A stretch of 32,000 nt of DNA from Edaphobacter aggregans. GTDB taxonomy: Bacteria; Acidobacteriota; Terriglobia; Terriglobales; Acidobacteriaceae. The stretch is taken from positions 3,060,001 to 3,092,000 of the forward strand of contig NZ_RSDW01000001.1 of the NCBI RefSeq assembly GCF_003945235.1. Reading direction: 5' to 3'. Position numbers and translations under genes: made by a program. Below the pieces are notes generated by a model, which worked only from the letters and a program-made list of their open reading frames with translations, did no database searches and was not told the DNA's origin. Of this stretch, positions 15,140 through 23,391 are shown piece after piece. Numbering within the stretch: the first letter of the stretch is position 1; each line of letters starts with the position of its first letter.

Positions 15140-16501
15140 ATGTCAGATCCCGAGATCCAAAACGACACCATCGTAGCCATCTCTACCCCACCCGGACGTG
15201 GAGGCATAGGCATCGTCCGTCTCTCCGGCCCCGAAGCCCGCGCCATCGCCGAACCCCTCCTTCGCCTCCGCAATCCCTTAGCACCCGCACAAGCCCGATA
15301 TGCCGAAGTCATTGATACCATTGGCGAAACACTCGACGAAGCGGTCGTAACCTACTTCGCCGCCCCCGCCTCCTACACCACCGAAGACGTAGTAGAAATC
15401 GCCTCCCACGGCTCCCCCGTCCTCCTCGACTACCTCGTCCGCCAGTGCATCGCCCGCGGGGCCCGCCTCGCCGAACCCGGCGAATTCACCCAGCGAGCCT
15501 TCCTCGCCGGACGCCTCGATCTCACACAAGCAGAAGCAGTTAGCGATCTCATCGAAGCCAGCACCCTCCACCAGGCCCGCATAGCCGCCCAGCAATTAGG
15601 AGGCTCTCTCTCCCGCCAAATCGCCCCCATCAAAGACCAACTAATCACCCTGATCGCCGCCCTGGAAGCCGGTATAGACTTCGCCGAAGACGACATCGAC
15701 ACCCTCCCCGCCCAAGAAATCACCAATCAAATCAGCAAGATCCAAGCCCCCCTCACCGCCCTCGAACGCACCTTTTCCTATGGCCGCATAGTCCGCGACG
15801 GCTTCACCCTCGCCATCGTAGGCCGCCCCAACGCCGGCAAATCATCTCTTTTCAATCGCCTGATCGAGCGCGACCGAGCCATCGTCACCGCCACCCCCGG
15901 CACCACCCGCGACCTCGTCACCGAACGAGTCTCTCTAAACGGCATCCCGGTCGAATTAATCGACACCGCAGGCCTACGCCAATCCACCGACGAAGCCGAA
16001 ACCATCGGCATCGCTAAGTCCCGCGAAATCATGGCCGAAGCCGACGTAGTCCTCCTCGTCATCGACGCCACAGCGCCCCCACACCCCGAAGACGAAGCCA
16101 CCATCGCCTCTCTAACCACACGCCCCCTACTGATCGCATGCAACAAATCCGACCTCACCACCACATCCTCATCACCTAAAACCAGCCGCCCAACCATCGA
16201 AACCTCCGCCCTCACCGGCTCCGGTATTCTCGAACTACGCGCAGCAATCCTCTCGCAGATCTCCAGCACCACCCCCACCGCAGAAACCGCTCTTCTCACC
16301 AATCTTCGCCAGCAACAAGCCGTTTCGGCAGCTCTCACCTCATTTGCTCAAGCCCGCCAGGCCGCCGCTGCCGAAATTCCCCACGAAATGATCCTCCTCG
16401 ATCTCTATGAATCCCTCCGCGCGCTAGACTCCCTTACCGGAGCCACTACCTCCGACGATATCCTCCACCTCATCTTCAGCAAGTTCTGCATCGGCAAGTA
16501 G
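15140..16501 (+). CDS. mnmE: tRNA uridine-5-carboxymethylaminomethyl modification GTPase MnmE
   Basis: DTIVAISTPPGRGGIGIVRLSG at the N-terminus. The G-domain has GRPNAGKSSLFN (G1), DTAG (G3) and NKSD (G4). The invariant C-terminal FCIGK tetrapeptide motif is present. 453 aa. Confidence 0.95.
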   Translation: MSDPEIQNDTIVAISTPPGRGGIGIVRLSGPEARAIAEPLLRLRNPLAPAQARYAEVIDTIGETLDEAVVTYFAAPASYTTEDVVEIASHGSPVLLDYLVRQCIARGARLAEPGEFTQRAFLAGRLDLTQAEAVSDLIEASTLHQARIAAQQLGGSLSRQIAPIKDQLITLIAALEAGIDFAEDDIDTLPAQEITNQISKIQAPLTALERTFSYGRIVRDGFTLAIVGRPNAGKSSLFNRLIERDRAIVTATPGTTRDLVTERVSLNGIPVELIDTAGLRQSTDEAETIGIAKSREIMAEADVVLLVIDATAPPHPEDEATIASLTTRPLLIACNKSDLTTTSSSPKTSRPTIETSALTGSGILELRAAILSQISSTTPTAETALLTNLRQQQAVSAALTSFAQARQAAAAEIPHEMILLDLYESLRALDSLTGATTSDDILHLIFSKFCIGK

Positions 16502-16705
16502 ACCTACCTCCAACAGCGTCCGACAAGTCCCACACGCCTGTTCATTTCCAGCGTCCCTCCCGTGCGGCAAGCGTAATCACTTCCCTCTGCGAATAACGCG
16601 CGCTCGGCTCCATAGGCTCTGTAAACCATGAAAAAAGAGTCTAAAATTTTACTGTTCGCGTGAGTGTCTGTCGGGCCAGCTTCATCAGGAGGGTGTACCA
16701 CCTCG

Positions 16706-19045
16706 ATGTTCGCTCCCAAGGAACAATCAGCGAAGAGGCCTTCTCAGCGACACGCGGCCCGCTCTCATCTCGCGGCGCGATCGCCTCTCTTCTCCTCGAA
16801 CGATCAGCTGGAGTCGCAAGCGCAATCGGCATCGGCCTCCATGGTTCGCCATGCGCATCAGCCTCACTCTGGCCACGAACGGCATCCGCACCTCTTACCT
16901 GCGCAACCAGACTCCTCTCTACACCTGCCAAAAGAGATCTCGCAGGTCGTCGCCTCTCCCGGCCACGCCCTGGGTCCAGCCGAACGCTCCTTCTTCGAAC
17001 CTCGATTCGGCTTCGACTTCAGCCGCGTCCGTGTCCATACAAATGAGGAAGCAGCGCACTCCGCCCGGACAATCCGGGCATCAGCGTACACCCTGGGAAG
17101 CAACGTCGTCTTTGCAAAAGAAAAGTACGTGCCCCATACCGAGGCAGGACGCGTTCTGCTGGGCCATGAACTGGCTCACGTCGTGCAGCAGGCCACTGGC
17201 TCCGTGCATGGTATCCAGCGAGCACCCGACGCTGGAGTCGCCGATGCTGGAGTCGATCCTGACGCGGCTACGACTACGCAGGCGCCGCCCGACGTATTCG
17301 ACCCGGACGCGAACGAAGCCGCCGCCCGCACCCAAAATCCCGATCTGCCTCAGATCGACCGGGCCCTGAAATCTCCTGAAGAAAATGAAAAGGCGGCCGC
17401 GGCAACCGTGCTCGAGGCGTTCGGCAGCGAAGACAAGCTGAACGAGCAGTTCGAGCAACTTCCTGACATCGTAATCAAGACCGTCGATCAATATGGAAAG
17501 ACCGATAAGACCGCAAACCGCGTTCAATTTTTTCTCCGCATGCGGCTCTACTTCGACTCCTGGGCAGATATCATCGCTCACTTCAAGCAGATCGTAGAGG
17601 TGAAACATGGTCCGGTCGACGTCTTCCTCCATAAGGACGCCGCGGACCGCCTGGAGCGCGCGCTTTCTGTGCTGAAACAGAAGGGCCATCCGTTTCCCTC
17701 CATTAGCGAGGGCTTCAGTTTTCGTGACCGCCACGAAGGCCCAATCCAATCGGCCGGTATGATGACCCATGCACTGGGCTACGCGTTCGATGTGGCCGCA
17801 GGAGAGAACCCCAAGATTGGCTTCATGAAACCCGGCGAAATCGGCAGGCACGATCCTATTCAGATCGCCTCGGCGATCGATCCCTCCGGAGCCCACATGG
17901 ATATGGGGGCTTCTAATCCAAAGATCATCGAGGCCATGGGCAAGCGTACCGCTGGGGACACCAGCCTCTCCGCCGCGGACGACAAAGACCCCGTCGCGCA
18001 AAAGTACTTTGAACTCTTCGCACAGCAGTTTCAACACATGCAGGCCGGTTCTCTGGAGTTCCTCAACACTATCTCGAAGGACCATAGAGAAAAACTGCTT
18101 CAGCTGCGCAAGAATTACCTAGACGTCCTCAGGAAGCTCGCCGCCGAAAAGAAAAAGGGGAAGAAGGGTGATGCGACCATCATCACCGCCCTCGAATCCG
18201 AGCGGCGACAGCTGCTGGCCACGATTCCATCGCTCGCAACCGAGTGGCTGACCGCGATCGACAAGGCAATCACTAAAACGCTGGCAGCGCATCCCGGCAT
18301 GGACAAGCTACGCTCCCCCGGTGACATCGCGAAAGACCTCAAGTCTGCCGAGGGAGACCTGAAAGCCAGCAAGCAAGCCGACGTGCAGTCCCATCGGCTG
18401 GAGTCGAAGGCTCTCGCCGAACGAGACACTGCATCCCAGGTAGTCAAGCTGGCCGAGCAGCGGGAACATCGTTCACCCGGAGGCGACGACTTCAAGAAGG
18501 CCCTTGCCGCCACAGCGCTTGCCAGAGAAAATCTGCAAAAGAAGCTCGACGTGTTAGTCGATGCGATACAGGCCAGGTTCCAGAAAGATCGCGAGCTGGC
18601 TGCCGCACAGGATCGGCGTGAAGGCCTCTCAGCAGAGTTGAAGCGCTCCAACGATCCCAAGCTCAAAGGCGCGTGGGACTGGATCCAAAGCCTCCGTGAA
18701 CTGAAGCGCAGTCTGGGCTCGCCCGACCTCTCCACGCCCGCCGGTCTCAAGGAGTACGAAGCGCTTACCACCGGCAACCTCGGCTCCAGGATGGAAGAGA
18801 ATCCCCCGCTCCTGCGTCTGCTCGAAGTAGGCTTCTTCAACCCCAAGGGAGCCTTCGATCTCGAGTTCTTTGAAGAGATGGCGCACAGTGGATTCTGGCC
18901 CGGAGCCACCTGGAACTTCGGCGGAGCCGATCCGATGCACTTTGAGCTGCTCGAAGGCCGCAACCGAACTCGCAGCCCGGGAAAGGTCGACAAAAAAATA
19001 AAACGAAGTATCGCGAGCTCCGGAGCTGGCCGGGTTCGGTCTTAA
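16706..19045 (+). CDS. DUF4157 (HExxH) domain protein fused to a split LAS/M15-type peptidase domain with long coiled-coil insertion
   Basis: FFEPRFGFDFSRVRVHTNEEAAHSARTIRASAYTLGSNVVF...LLGHELAHVVQQ is DUF4157. ISEGFSFRDRHEG...MMTHALGYAFDV and the terminal WNFGGADPMHFELL resemble the SxHxxGxAxD and D..HFE zinc-ligand motifs of M15 D-Ala-D-Ala carboxypeptidase-like enzymes. Start chosen at ATG 16706 (SD aggagg 16687-16692). The listed GTG 16664 would add 14 aa. Confidence 0.8.
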   Translation: MFAPKEQSAKRPSQRHAARSHLAARSPLFSSNDQLESQAQSASASMVRHAHQPHSGHERHPHLLPAQPDSSLHLPKEISQVVASPGHALGPAERSFFEPRFGFDFSRVRVHTNEEAAHSARTIRASAYTLGSNVVFAKEKYVPHTEAGRVLLGHELAHVVQQATGSVHGIQRAPDAGVADAGVDPDAATTTQAPPDVFDPDANEAAARTQNPDLPQIDRALKSPEENEKAAAATVLEAFGSEDKLNEQFEQLPDIVIKTVDQYGKTDKTANRVQFFLRMRLYFDSWADIIAHFKQIVEVKHGPVDVFLHKDAADRLERALSVLKQKGHPFPSISEGFSFRDRHEGPIQSAGMMTHALGYAFDVAAGENPKIGFMKPGEIGRHDPIQIASAIDPSGAHMDMGASNPKIIEAMGKRTAGDTSLSAADDKDPVAQKYFELFAQQFQHMQAGSLEFLNTISKDHREKLLQLRKNYLDVLRKLAAEKKKGKKGDATIITALESERRQLLATIPSLATEWLTAIDKAITKTLAAHPGMDKLRSPGDIAKDLKSAEGDLKASKQADVQSHRLESKALAERDTASQVVKLAEQREHRSPGGDDFKKALAATALARENLQKKLDVLVDAIQARFQKDRELAAAQDRREGLSAELKRSNDPKLKGAWDWIQSLRELKRSLGSPDLSTPAGLKEYEALTTGNLGSRMEENPPLLRLLEVGFFNPKGAFDLEFFEEMAHSGFWPGATWNFGGADPMHFELLEGRNRTRSPGKVDKKIKRSIASSGAGRVRS

Positions 19046-22000
19046 CGATCGATCGTCAGGGCGGACTCTGCCTGACGCTGACGCGTGAGCGGAGCTAACA
19101 GAGAACTGCTCCGACGGTGGACCTTGGCTGCTTGCGGAAAGGCTGTGTTCACCTGTCCGCTGGCGTGCTCAGTTGCGTGCGCTATAGGCAGAGAATGGGA
19201 AGCAGGCTGCGCGGTGGCAGAGAGATACGGCAGTGGAGCCGGCTCGGGTAGCGAATTGAGGTCGATCACGGCGATGCCGTTGCCGGTGGCGCCGGTAATG
19301 GCCACCAGGCGGCTGTCCTGATTATTGGAAACGAGGGCGCGGAAGTTGGGCGAGAGTTGCACGGGAAGCCCGATGCGAGCGCGGAAAGCTCCTGTGCGGC
19401 CATCAAAGACATCGATGGCCTGGGTCCCCGGTTGGAAGAGTAAGCTACCGTCGGCGGAGAACGCCGCGCCATAAACATAATCCGCATCCAGCGACTCGGC
19501 CAGATTCAGCTCCTGCATGCCGAAGCTGTTGAAGTTGCTGTCGGTGATAAAGCCAGCTGCGAAAAAACTTGTCTGATTGGCGTTGAGGGCTAGTTCGTAG
19601 TTGGTCTGGGCGATCGCATAGTTGGGCGTGGCAGGAATAACAAATATGCCGGAGGCGGTGTCCACGTAGCCCAACTCGCCATAGTCGTTGAAGTAGATGC
19701 GCGAGCCATCTGCCGTGATCGCGAGGCGCCCGTCCGGATCAGAGCCTTCCGTCGGCAGATATGGGTCGGAGCTTGGGCCCGTGACCTCATTCACCTTTCC
19801 CGTGGATGGATTGAGCGCATAGAGATAACCGCTTCCACCGTCGCCATCCAGATCGAATGTGGTGAAGTAAACCGTGCCGTTGTTGGTGACAGCGACGCCG
19901 GAAGGCTCCTCGACAATGGGCTCGAATATCTGCGCCGCATAGGGAAAGCTCTGGACAGCCGAAGGCTCATCGGGATCGACAATGTAGATGGCAATCGCGC
20001 CTGGGTCGGAGATAGCAAGCTTCGAAGCGTCGGGAGAGAGAGCCAAACCGAACAGGCGCTGTGGGCCGTACGCATTTTTTGGCGCAGGAATGGGGATCGA
20101 AGGTAGCCACGCGCCCTTGGTCAACGAGAAGACGCGGATCTGGTTCACGTCGGAAAAGTAGTACACATCGCGTTTGGAGTCGTAGATCCCGTCGGCCAAC
20201 TGACCTGCGACGGAGTATTGCTGCAGTGCCGGAAGGTAGGTCATTTTTGTACTAGCGCTGGTCGAGCCGCTGGCGTTGCCCACAGAGATGGTGGCGGTAG
20301 TCCCGGCAGCTCCTGGGGGGACGGTATAGAGCAGGGCGTTGTACGGTAGCGGCGGAGCGGTAAAGTAGGTGGTGCCGTTGGGTTTGGGACTATAGCCGCT
20401 AGTGGTGGCGGAGCTTCCGCCAACAGTTACCTGAAGATCGGCGGGTGCGGCAATGTAGATGGCGCTGTTGGTGTACGCTTGCGGCCCGAAGCCAAATCCG
20501 AATAGGCTGCCGGGGCCGCCTCCTTCGGCGGTAGAGTAACTGGTTGCCGCCTCCAACACCCATGGTCCGTAGGAAAAACCATAAGGTAGCAATTGCGAAC
20601 CACCATCAGTGGCGAAGGTGCGTACATCCACCGGCCCCTGCGCGCCCGCCGGAGAAACGGCCGCCAGCATCCCGGAGAACGAGCTGTTATCCAGCCCGGT
20701 AGCGGCATTGGGTCCAAAGTAGACGCTGCCCAGCGGCGGTGCAGGAACGCCGACAGTGTTGGGCATCCAACTGTCGGCCGTGCCGCCTCCCACCGGACCA
20801 TAAGGAATATCCAGCTGGGTCTGGCTGAAGCGGGAACCTATAGGAAGCGCGTGCGTAGCCGTCGAATCCAGCAGACCGATGCCGCCTCCCGAGATCACAC
20901 CTGCCGCCACGCCGCTGGAATTCATCGCCTGATAGATCGGTGGTAGCGGTGTATAACTCCCTGGAGAAGAGAGGTTGAGCTGCGGAATCCATCCGGTCAG
21001 CTTGCCGCTGGCTAGGTTGTAGACATCAAGCACATCGACCCCATTGGGGTCGGAGATAAAGACAGAGCTGTTGTCCTGGCTTAGAAACATGACCGGATAG
21101 TTGAGCAGAGTTTGGGTCGTCGGAACCGCGAAAGAGCTCTTTACTGCGAAGGTTGCAGCGTCAAGGGTGTAGACATCATAGCCATCGTACGCCACCACGG
21201 TGCCGCCGTCGGACGTGAGAGTAAAGGCTGTGAATGCGCTTCCCTGGCCGCCGCTAAGAGTTTTTGACAAGTTCCATGTGTCGGTTTCCGGATCAAGGGA
21301 ACAGAGCTGGGAACTGCCCTGGGAGGTTTGCACAGCAGAGAGCAGCACTCTGGTCCGATTGTTAGTCAGGATCGCATTCTGGAATGCAGAAAAACACGTT
21401 GGCTTGTCATTGGGGGAACTGGCAACGTCGAATAGCGACGGCTCTGTGAAAATACTGATGTCATTCGTAGCTGGATCCCACAAAGCCAGCGGGCCATTGC
21501 CATCGACGTACGAATAGCCGGGTACAAGAAAATAATGTTCCAGCAGGAGTTTGCCATCCGCCATGGCATAGACGGCGTTGGCTGCAAAGCCATTGGAACT
21601 GATTGTGCTTGATGGGTACCGTTTGAGCACGGTCAGATTGACCGGATCGACCACATATAAATCGCCAAGCATAGTACCGACATAAAGCACGCTGCCGTCC
21701 GCCGCCTGATCAAGACCGAAGGCGCCAGGAATGGTAAGCGCAGCCGTAAGGGCATGGCTCGACGCATCCACCACATTCAATCGGCTCGTGTAGGCATCTG
21801 TCGAGAAGAAGCGATTAGTTGCCGCGTGATAAATGAGGTAGTTTGGCGGGGGAAAGCCAGTGTAAGGCGTCATCGCATCGGTGCGCACTAACTGATCCGC
21901 GGTGCTGAGGGCGACAGGTGTAATGCTCTCTGCCGGACCAATGGAGAGCGGCAATGAGACGCTTTGGGTGAGCGGGCCATAGGTAGCCGTTGCAGTCAGC

Positions 22001-23274
22001 GTACCGCCAGTAGCATTGCTGGCCGCCTCGACAAAGATGGTCGTCTGGCCTCCAACGCCACTTGTGGTGAAGTTCGAAGGCGAAATCTTGATACCTGAAG
22101 GAGGTGTCGCTAATTGAACGGAGATGGTCCCTATTCCATTTGAGGTGCCAATCACCGCAAGGTTGAAGGTGCCGGTGGAACCGGCCGGGACGCTCAGCGT
22201 AGCAGGCTGAATACTCATCCTCAGTGTTGCAGCGAGGACGAACAAATTAAATTGAGTCTGATGAGTAATGCCACCGCCCACGCCGGTCATGGTGATGGTC
22301 GCGGTTGAGTTTGGAGCCGGTACAAAGGTGGAGGTTACCTGGACGGTTTGCGTAGTCCCCGGCTGCAGGTTGAAGCTAGCAGGTGAGAAGGTAACGCCGC
22401 TGGGGAGACCAGTGAACGAAATGGCGATCGGCTGATTAAACCCATTGTGATCCGTCGCAGTTACGCTAAATGTCGACTTGGAACTCTGATACACGCCTAG
22501 CGACGTGTAAATGCCGGAGGAGAGCGTAAAGTCAGGCGCCGTAGTGACTGTAATAGGAAGGTTCACCGTGGCCGAAAAGGTGCCGTTGGTGACCGTAATC
22601 GTGGCTGAGCCGGAGGTAGTTGCGGTGGATGCCGCGGTGAAATCGAGAAGTACGTCGCTGTTGGCAATGCTCGTGAAGGTGGGCTGGGCTACGGCGACTC
22701 CGGCAGGCAGCCCGGTGACAGTGCCATTCACAGTGCCGGTGACGCCGCCCAGTCCGGTAATAGCCAGCTCCACTGTTTGTGAGCCGCCCGGATCGAAAGA
22801 AATGCTGGCGGGCAGCGGAGTCAGAGAAAGCCCCGGCGTGACTTGCACCGTAAGGGTAAACTGCGCCTGCGCAGACAAACTACCGCTCAAACACATTACC
22901 GTGACGGTCGATGTGCCCGAAGTGGCGACGTTGTTGAGGCTGAGCTGAACTTGCTGTGACTTGCCGCCGCTCAAACTAAAGGTCCATGCGCTGGCATTGA
23001 CACCGCTAGGCAAACCGTTCAGATTACACGAAGCGCTCGCGGTAAAACCGTTCAGGGCATTGAGCGTAATGTTTAGGCTCTGATTACCGCTGCTCGTGAG
23101 CGTGAGACTGCTGACAGAAAGGCTGAGTGTAAAGTTTCCAGGGGTAGTGCTAACACTTCCGTTACCCCCAATTTCACTTCCACCCCCACCCCCACTCGCA
23201 CAGCCAGAGGCGAAAAAACCAACCAGAAAAATGGCAAGAAACCACAGATCTACAGCGCGCGTTTGGCGAGGCAT
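19042..23274 (-). CDS. Giant surface lipoprotein: four tandem Ig-like repeats, beta-propeller-like regions and IPT/TIG-like domains
   Basis: Lipoprotein signal LAIFLVGFFASGC followed by a GGGGGS linker. Four ~100-aa repeats each carry a G(L)P(S/A)G(V/I) motif and ...TVT/VQV ends. YVTN/lactonase-like propeller strings follow (LYVVDPVNLTV, VYTLDAATFAV, IYIVDPDEPS, LYALNPSTGKV). IPT/TIG-like segments include GPVGGGTA...VYFGPNAA...GPVDV. 1410 aa. Confidence 0.8.
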   Translation of the reverse strand: MPRQTRAVDLWFLAIFLVGFFASGCASGGGGGSEIGGNGSVSTTPGNFTLSLSVSSLTLTSSGNQSLNITLNALNGFTASASCNLNGLPSGVNASAWTFSLSGGKSQQVQLSLNNVATSGTSTVTVMCLSGSLSAQAQFTLTVQVTPGLSLTPLPASISFDPGGSQTVELAITGLGGVTGTVNGTVTGLPAGVAVAQPTFTSIANSDVLLDFTAASTATTSGSATITVTNGTFSATVNLPITVTTAPDFTLSSGIYTSLGVYQSSKSTFSVTATDHNGFNQPIAISFTGLPSGVTFSPASFNLQPGTTQTVQVTSTFVPAPNSTATITMTGVGGGITHQTQFNLFVLAATLRMSIQPATLSVPAGSTGTFNLAVIGTSNGIGTISVQLATPPSGIKISPSNFTTSGVGGQTTIFVEAASNATGGTLTATATYGPLTQSVSLPLSIGPAESITPVALSTADQLVRTDAMTPYTGFPPPNYLIYHAATNRFFSTDAYTSRLNVVDASSHALTAALTIPGAFGLDQAADGSVLYVGTMLGDLYVVDPVNLTVLKRYPSSTISSNGFAANAVYAMADGKLLLEHYFLVPGYSYVDGNGPLALWDPATNDISIFTEPSLFDVASSPNDKPTCFSAFQNAILTNNRTRVLLSAVQTSQGSSQLCSLDPETDTWNLSKTLSGGQGSAFTAFTLTSDGGTVVAYDGYDVYTLDAATFAVKSSFAVPTTQTLLNYPVMFLSQDNSSVFISDPNGVDVLDVYNLASGKLTGWIPQLNLSSPGSYTPLPPIYQAMNSSGVAAGVISGGGIGLLDSTATHALPIGSRFSQTQLDIPYGPVGGGTADSWMPNTVGVPAPPLGSVYFGPNAATGLDNSSFSGMLAAVSPAGAQGPVDVRTFATDGGSQLLPYGFSYGPWVLEAATSYSTAEGGGPGSLFGFGFGPQAYTNSAIYIAAPADLQVTVGGSSATTSGYSPKPNGTTYFTAPPLPYNALLYTVPPGAAGTTATISVGNASGSTSASTKMTYLPALQQYSVAGQLADGIYDSKRDVYYFSDVNQIRVFSLTKGAWLPSIPIPAPKNAYGPQRLFGLALSPDASKLAISDPGAIAIYIVDPDEPSAVQSFPYAAQIFEPIVEEPSGVAVTNNGTVYFTTFDLDGDGGSGYLYALNPSTGKVNEVTGPSSDPYLPTEGSDPDGRLAITADGSRIYFNDYGELGYVDTASGIFVIPATPNYAIAQTNYELALNANQTSFFAAGFITDSNFNSFGMQELNLAESLDADYVYGAAFSADGSLLFQPGTQAIDVFDGRTGAFRARIGLPVQLSPNFRALVSNNQDSRLVAITGATGNGIAVIDLNSLPEPAPLPYLSATAQPASHSLPIAHATEHASGQVNTAFPQAAKVHRRSSSLLAPLTRQRQAESALTIDR

Positions 23275-23391
23275 TAAGCAATTCCTGAATAAAATCGAAG
23301 AGTCGGTAGTCTAGCATTCCGAAAATCGAGCGAAAGATATGGGCAACATCCGCCACCTGCGTCACGCTATCGGTCACTCGATTTGCATCAG

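Noticed and set aside
15000-16501. mnmE as a marker of the replication origin region (the rnpA-yidC-jag-mnmE-mnmG-oriC context known from many bacteria).
   Set aside because: None of the companion genes is present, and I saw no cluster of DnaA-box-like TTATCCACA sequences. The A-tract region upstream is better explained as a shared repeat or curved-DNA element.
16504-16719. 71-aa minus-strand ORF between mnmE and the DUF4157 gene.
   Set aside because: It has no SD and no family resemblance, and it overlaps the SD and start of the DUF4157 gene. It is probably spurious.
15140-19045. eCIS/contractile-injection or polymorphic-toxin locus around the DUF4157 gene.
   Set aside because: No sheath, tube, baseplate, spike, AAA+ ATPase, Rhs/PAAR or immunity-like small ORF is present in the window. 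Only the domain association from the literature points that way, so it is reported as an orphan effector-like gene rather than a system.
23321-23344. Possible fourth, inverted and degenerate copy of the family-2 repeat. gaaaatcgagcgaaagatatgggc has the reverse complement gcccatatctttcgctcgattttc.
   Set aside because: Only two short blocks match (cccatatct and cgatttt), separated by a 6-nt insertion. That is too little to distinguish from chance by eye.
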